Of a DNA stretch of 64,000 bases, positions 60,558 to 64,000 are shown piece by piece. The stretch's first letter is position 1; each line of letters opens with the position of its first letter. A model generated the notes under the pieces. It did no database searches and was not told the DNA's origin. It saw only the letters and a program-made list of their open reading frames with translations. The stretch comes from Gaiella sp. (GTDB taxonomy: Bacteria > Actinomycetota > Thermoleophilia > Gaiellales > Gaiellaceae), in the NCBI GenBank assembly GCA_036556925.1, contig DATBIN010000043.1:7050-71049 (forward strand). The letters are read 5' to 3'. Made by a program: the position numbers and the translations under genes.

Positions 60558-61372
60558 GTCGGAGGTACGCCCCCGGCGCGTCCGTCGTCACGCGCCACGA
60601 GAGAGGCCTCGACGTACTCCGCCACGACGTCGAAGCCGAGGCGCTCGTAGGCGCGGATCGCAGGCAGGTTGTCGGCCTTCACGTTGAGGGCGATGGTGTC
60701 GATGCCGTCGACGCGGAGCAGGGCGCAGAGCGAGGCGCAGGCCGCGCTCGCGAGCCCGCGGCCGCGATGGGAGGGGAGCGTGGCGACGTTCCCGAGCGCG
60801 GCGATGCCCCAGGCCGGCGAGTGGACGTGCACGCCCGCGACGCACGCGAGCCGCCCGCCGTCGCGGATGCCGACGTAGCGCATCGTCTCGAGCATGCGCG
60901 GCACGAACCACGTGCCGGGGTAGGCGTCGCGGTAGAACGCCTCCACGGCCGCGAGGTCGTCGGGCCCGAGGAGGTGCACGTCCCCGGGGTGCCCGTCGAC
61001 GGCCCGGTCAGGTGGGAGCGCCATCTTCAGGTGCAGGCCGTGCGACGCGACGTCGTATCGCGCGGCGGCGATCTCGACGAGGTGCGGCATGAGATGGGCG
61101 TAGGCGCGGGCGGGGAGCTCGGGAAGGAGGGCGTGGAGGAGGCGCTCCATCTCGCCGTGCGGCTCGTCGGCGAGCGCAACCAGCACGGGGGGCTCCGGCT
61201 CGCCGTAGATCAGGACGATCTGGCGCGTCTCCGCTCCGCGGCGCCACCCGAACCAGCGCGTGTGCGGCCAGAAGAAGTCGTCGAGGTCGCCGAGCTCGTA
61301 TGCGTGCAGCGCGGCGTTGCGCCGGCAGACCTCCGCGATCTCACGCTTGTCACGCAGCTCGACGACGGCCAC
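60554..61372 (-). CDS. GNAT N-acetyltransferase (FR47-like)
   Basis: LGNVATLPSHRGRGLA, LNV..DN.PAIRAYERLGF. Confidence 0.9.
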   Translation of the reverse strand: MAVVELRDKREIAEVCRRNAALHAYELGDLDDFFWPHTRWFGWRRGAETRQIVLIYGEPEPPVLVALADEPHGEMERLLHALLPELPARAYAHLMPHLVEIAAARYDVASHGLHLKMALPPDRAVDGHPGDVHLLGPDDLAAVEAFYRDAYPGTWFVPRMLETMRYVGIRDGGRLACVAGVHVHSPAWGIAALGNVATLPSHRGRGLASAACASLCALLRVDGIDTIALNVKADNLPAIRAYERLGFDVVAEYVEASLVARDDGRAGGVPPT

Positions 61373-61451
61373 GCCGTCAGCTTACGGCCGCCGCCGCGAG
61401 CACCGGGTCGCGCGGGGGTCGGGCGCGTGCGGGGCCCGGGCGGCGGGAGGC

Positions 61452-63134
61452 TCAGGGCAGCGCGTCGCCCGCGACGCGCCGCACCTCTTCGAGCGTCGTG
61501 ATGCCGGCGATCGAGAGCCTGATGCCGTCGTCGCGCAGGGTGAACATGCCCTGGTCGACGGCGGCGGCCTCGATCTCCCTCGTGTGCGCGCCGATGAGGG
61601 CCGCGATCTCGTCCGTCATCGTCATCACCTCGAACAGCGCCACCCGGCCGCGGTAGCCCGTGTCGTCGCACTTGCGGCAGCCGACCGCCTTGTACAGCAT
61701 CAGCTCGCCGTACCCGTCCGGGATCCGCAGCGTGCGCAGGTCGCGCTCCGTGGGCTCGTACGGCTCGGCGCACTCCTGGCAGAGGCGGCGGGCGAGGCGC
61801 TGGCCGATGAGGCAGTTGACCGCCGTGGCGATGATGCCGCGGTCGACGCCGATGTCGACGAGGCGCTGAACCGCGGACGCCGCAGTCTGCGCGTGCAGCG
61901 TGGTGAGCACGAGGTGGCCGGTCATCGCGGCGCGGAACGCGATCTGGGCGGTCTCCTCGTCGCGGATCTCGCCCACGAGCAGGATGTCGGGGTCGGAGCG
62001 GAGGATCGTGCGCAGCCCGTTCGCGAAGGTGAGCCCCGCGCGCGGGTTCACCTCGATCTGGTCGAGGCCCGCCGCCCGGTACTCGACCGGGTCCTCGATC
62101 GTGACGAGCGACTGCTCGGGGTTGTTCAGCACCTGCAGGCAGGCGTAGAGCGTGGTGGTCTTGCCCGAGCCCGTCGGCCCGCAGACGACGACGGCGCCGA
62201 ACGGCTGCCGGATCGCATGCTCGAGCGCCGCCTGGCTGCGGGGCCACATGCCGAGCGCGTCCAGCGACTCGGGCGCGTCCTGCTGGTTGAGGATGCGGAG
62301 CGTCACCTTCTCGCCGTGGGTCGTCGGCAAGACCGCGATGCGCACGTCCACGGTCTGCTCGCCGCGACGGATGGAGACGCGCCCGTCCTGCGGCGCGCGG
62401 CGCTCGGCGATGTCGAGCCCGCCCATGATCTTGAGGCGACTCGTGATCCCGGGCGCCTGAGAGACGGCGATGCTCGTCAGCTCGCGCATGACGCCGTCCA
62501 CGCGGGCCCGGACGTGGATGCGCTTCTGCTGCGGCGTGAAGTGGATGTCCGAGGCGCCGATCTCGAGCGCCTTCGCGATCGAGCGGTTGACGAACACGAC
62601 GGCCGGAGTGTCGTGCTCGAGGTCGAGGACGGTGGCGTCGTCCTCCTTCTCGACGGCCTCGGTGAAGGTGGTGATCTCGACGACCGTGCCGTCGTGGACC
62701 TTCCCGATCACGTAGTCGATGGCATCGCCCGAGGCGACGCAGACCCGGACGGGCATCCCCAGCGCCAGGCGGAGATCGTCCGAGAAGACGACGTTGGTCG
62801 GGTCGGCGACGGCGACGAGCACCGACTCGTCGTCGAGAAAGCGGACCGGGATCGCCCGGTAGCGGCGCGCGAGATTCTCGGGCAGCAGCGAGGCGGCGTG
62901 GTGCTCGACGATCTCCGGGGTCAGCGTGATGAACTCGAGCTCGTGCTGCTCCGCGAGGACGCGCGCCACCGCGTCCTGGCTGGCGTAGCCCTTGTCGACG
63001 ATGATCTCGCCGAGCCGCTTCTCGGGCGTGGTGCGCTTCTCGGACAGCGCGACCTCGAGCTGCTCGGGTGTGATCGCTCCGTCGCGAACGAGCAACGTGC
63101 CGAGCGCAGGCCAGGGGTTGCGAGCAGCCTCCAC
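61452..63134 (-). CDS. GspE/PilB family ATPase with N-terminal MshEN domain
   Basis: LG..LV..G.IT..QL..AL / RLGEII..GY repeats; ASDIH, LDIAERRAPQDG, GPTGSGKTTT, TIEDPVEY, LR.DPD, AA.TGHLV, tetracysteine motif. Confidence 0.93.
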   Translation of the reverse strand: MEAARNPWPALGTLLVRDGAITPEQLEVALSEKRTTPEKRLGEIIVDKGYASQDAVARVLAEQHELEFITLTPEIVEHHAASLLPENLARRYRAIPVRFLDDESVLVAVADPTNVVFSDDLRLALGMPVRVCVASGDAIDYVIGKVHDGTVVEITTFTEAVEKEDDATVLDLEHDTPAVVFVNRSIAKALEIGASDIHFTPQQKRIHVRARVDGVMRELTSIAVSQAPGITSRLKIMGGLDIAERRAPQDGRVSIRRGEQTVDVRIAVLPTTHGEKVTLRILNQQDAPESLDALGMWPRSQAALEHAIRQPFGAVVVCGPTGSGKTTTLYACLQVLNNPEQSLVTIEDPVEYRAAGLDQIEVNPRAGLTFANGLRTILRSDPDILLVGEIRDEETAQIAFRAAMTGHLVLTTLHAQTAASAVQRLVDIGVDRGIIATAVNCLIGQRLARRLCQECAEPYEPTERDLRTLRIPDGYGELMLYKAVGCRKCDDTGYRGRVALFEVMTMTDEIAALIGAHTREIEAAAVDQGMFTLRDDGIRLSIAGITTLEEVRRVAGDALP

Positions 63135-63142
63135 AGGCTCCC

Positions 63143-63165
63143 TATCGGCAGGGAGCGTCACTGAG
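63143..63165 (-). promoter_or_regulatory. Possible sigma-28 (FliA/WhiG)-type promoter for the PilB-like gene
   Basis: Minus strand CTCAG-n11-GCCGATA, 8 nt before GTG. Confidence 0.4.
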
Positions 63166-63185
63166 ATGAGGGACAATCAAAAGGG

Positions 63186-63623
63186 GTGCGCGCAGTCCTG
63201 CAACGGGTCTCCAGAGCCTCCGTCGCGGTCGACGGCAAGGTCGTGGGCGCCTGCGGGCCTGGGTTTCTCGTGCTTCTCGGGGTCGCCACCGGCGATACGC
63301 CCGAGGGGGCGGACCGGCTCGCAGGCAAGGTGGCCGGCCTGCGGGTGTTCGAGAACGACGAGGGCCGCTTCGACCGCTCGCTGGTCGATGTCGCCGGCGA
63401 GGCGCTCGTCGTGAGCCAGTTCACGCTCCTCGGCGACACCAGCAAGGGCAAGCGGCCGAGCTTTACCGCGGCCGCGACGCCCGACGAGGCCGAGCCCCTC
63501 GTGGAGCGGTTCTCGAAGGCGCTCAGCGGCCTCGGAGTCCCCGTTCAGACCGGGGTGTTCGGAGCGCGGATGCAGGTCAGCCTCGTGAACGACGGGCCGG
63601 TGACGATCGTGCTCGACGTCTGA
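63186..63623 (+). CDS. dtd: D-aminoacyl-tRNA deacylase
   Basis: RAVLQRV, LRVF, VSQFTL, KG.RPSF, G.FGA.M.V...NDGPVT. Confidence 0.97.
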   Translation: MRAVLQRVSRASVAVDGKVVGACGPGFLVLLGVATGDTPEGADRLAGKVAGLRVFENDEGRFDRSLVDVAGEALVVSQFTLLGDTSKGKRPSFTAAATPDEAEPLVERFSKALSGLGVPVQTGVFGARMQVSLVNDGPVTIVLDV

Positions 63624-63671
63624 GCGGTTTCACGTCGTGGACCGTCGCGCGGGCCGCGGCCGGCACGAGGG

Positions 63672-64000
63672 CTACTCCCACCAGAGGGTCTCGCCTAGCA
63701 CGAGCAAGAGGACGCAGGCAGGGAAGACGCCGAGCGGCAGCCACAGCAGCGCCCAGCGCTCGCGCCTGATCCTCGCGGCCAGCGCCAGCACGAACGCAGC
63801 GAGCGCGGTCAGCAGGCCGACGATCGCGGCCTCCGCGGCGAGCAGCGCGACCCAGGTGTCCTCCAGCCCGCTCCAGCCCAGCACGGCAGACCCGATGGCG
63901 AGCGTCGCGAGCGACGTGGCGAGCGCCGCCCCGAAGACGACCATGAGGCCGACCGCCCAGCGCGCGAGACGGCTGTGCCGGCCACCGTGCTCCGGAGAGA
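63672..64000 (-). CDS. Hypothetical membrane protein (5' end probably beyond window)
   Basis: Three hydrophobic segments; frame stays open upstream of the ATG at 63944 to the window edge. Confidence 0.65.
   Translation of the reverse strand, partial: SPEHGGRHSRLARWAVGLMVVFGAALATSLATLAIGSAVLGWSGLEDTWVALLAAEAAIVGLLTALAAFVLALAARIRRERWALLWLPLGVFPACVLLLVLGETLWWE

Overview
GC-rich, gene-dense core-genome window (GC estimated by eye at about 70-75%). Gene order and the alpha2beta2 GlyQ/GlyS suggest a deep-branching actinobacterium such as Thermoleophilia/Gaiellales (inference). The left two-thirds is a long + strand housekeeping run: alaS'-ruvX-mltG-aroE-(TGA-interrupted hydrolase)-aroC-aroKB-aroQ-M24 peptidase-efp-(degenerate carboxyltransferase::AccB)-accC-nusB-xseB-like-ispA-tlyA-nadK-recN-steA-steB-GT2::MraY-like-pyrG-M20-DUF3866 ... 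ald, deoB, pdp, mutM, recO, glyQS, ybaK, PDRP, ppdK. The right third carries a LexA-box-preceded, imuA-less SOS mutagenesis cassette (imuB, a free-standing ImuB-C-like ORF, dnaE2) interrupted by antisense genes, an orphan MshEN-PilB/GspE ATPase, and dtd. I saw no rRNA, tRNA, CRISPR array, transposase or prophage. The most interesting signals are: (1) a pseudo-carboxyltransferase fused to AccB; (2) the split mutasome operon; (3) three families of short dispersed palindromic repeats, one of which appears in frame in both dnaE2 and the neighbouring cupin gene; (4) a candidate C-rich-loop sRNA; (5) a cupredoxin::PQQ-dehydrogenase lipoprotein; (6) pervasive leaderless -10 promoters. All calls come from motif recognition by eye; no database searches were run.
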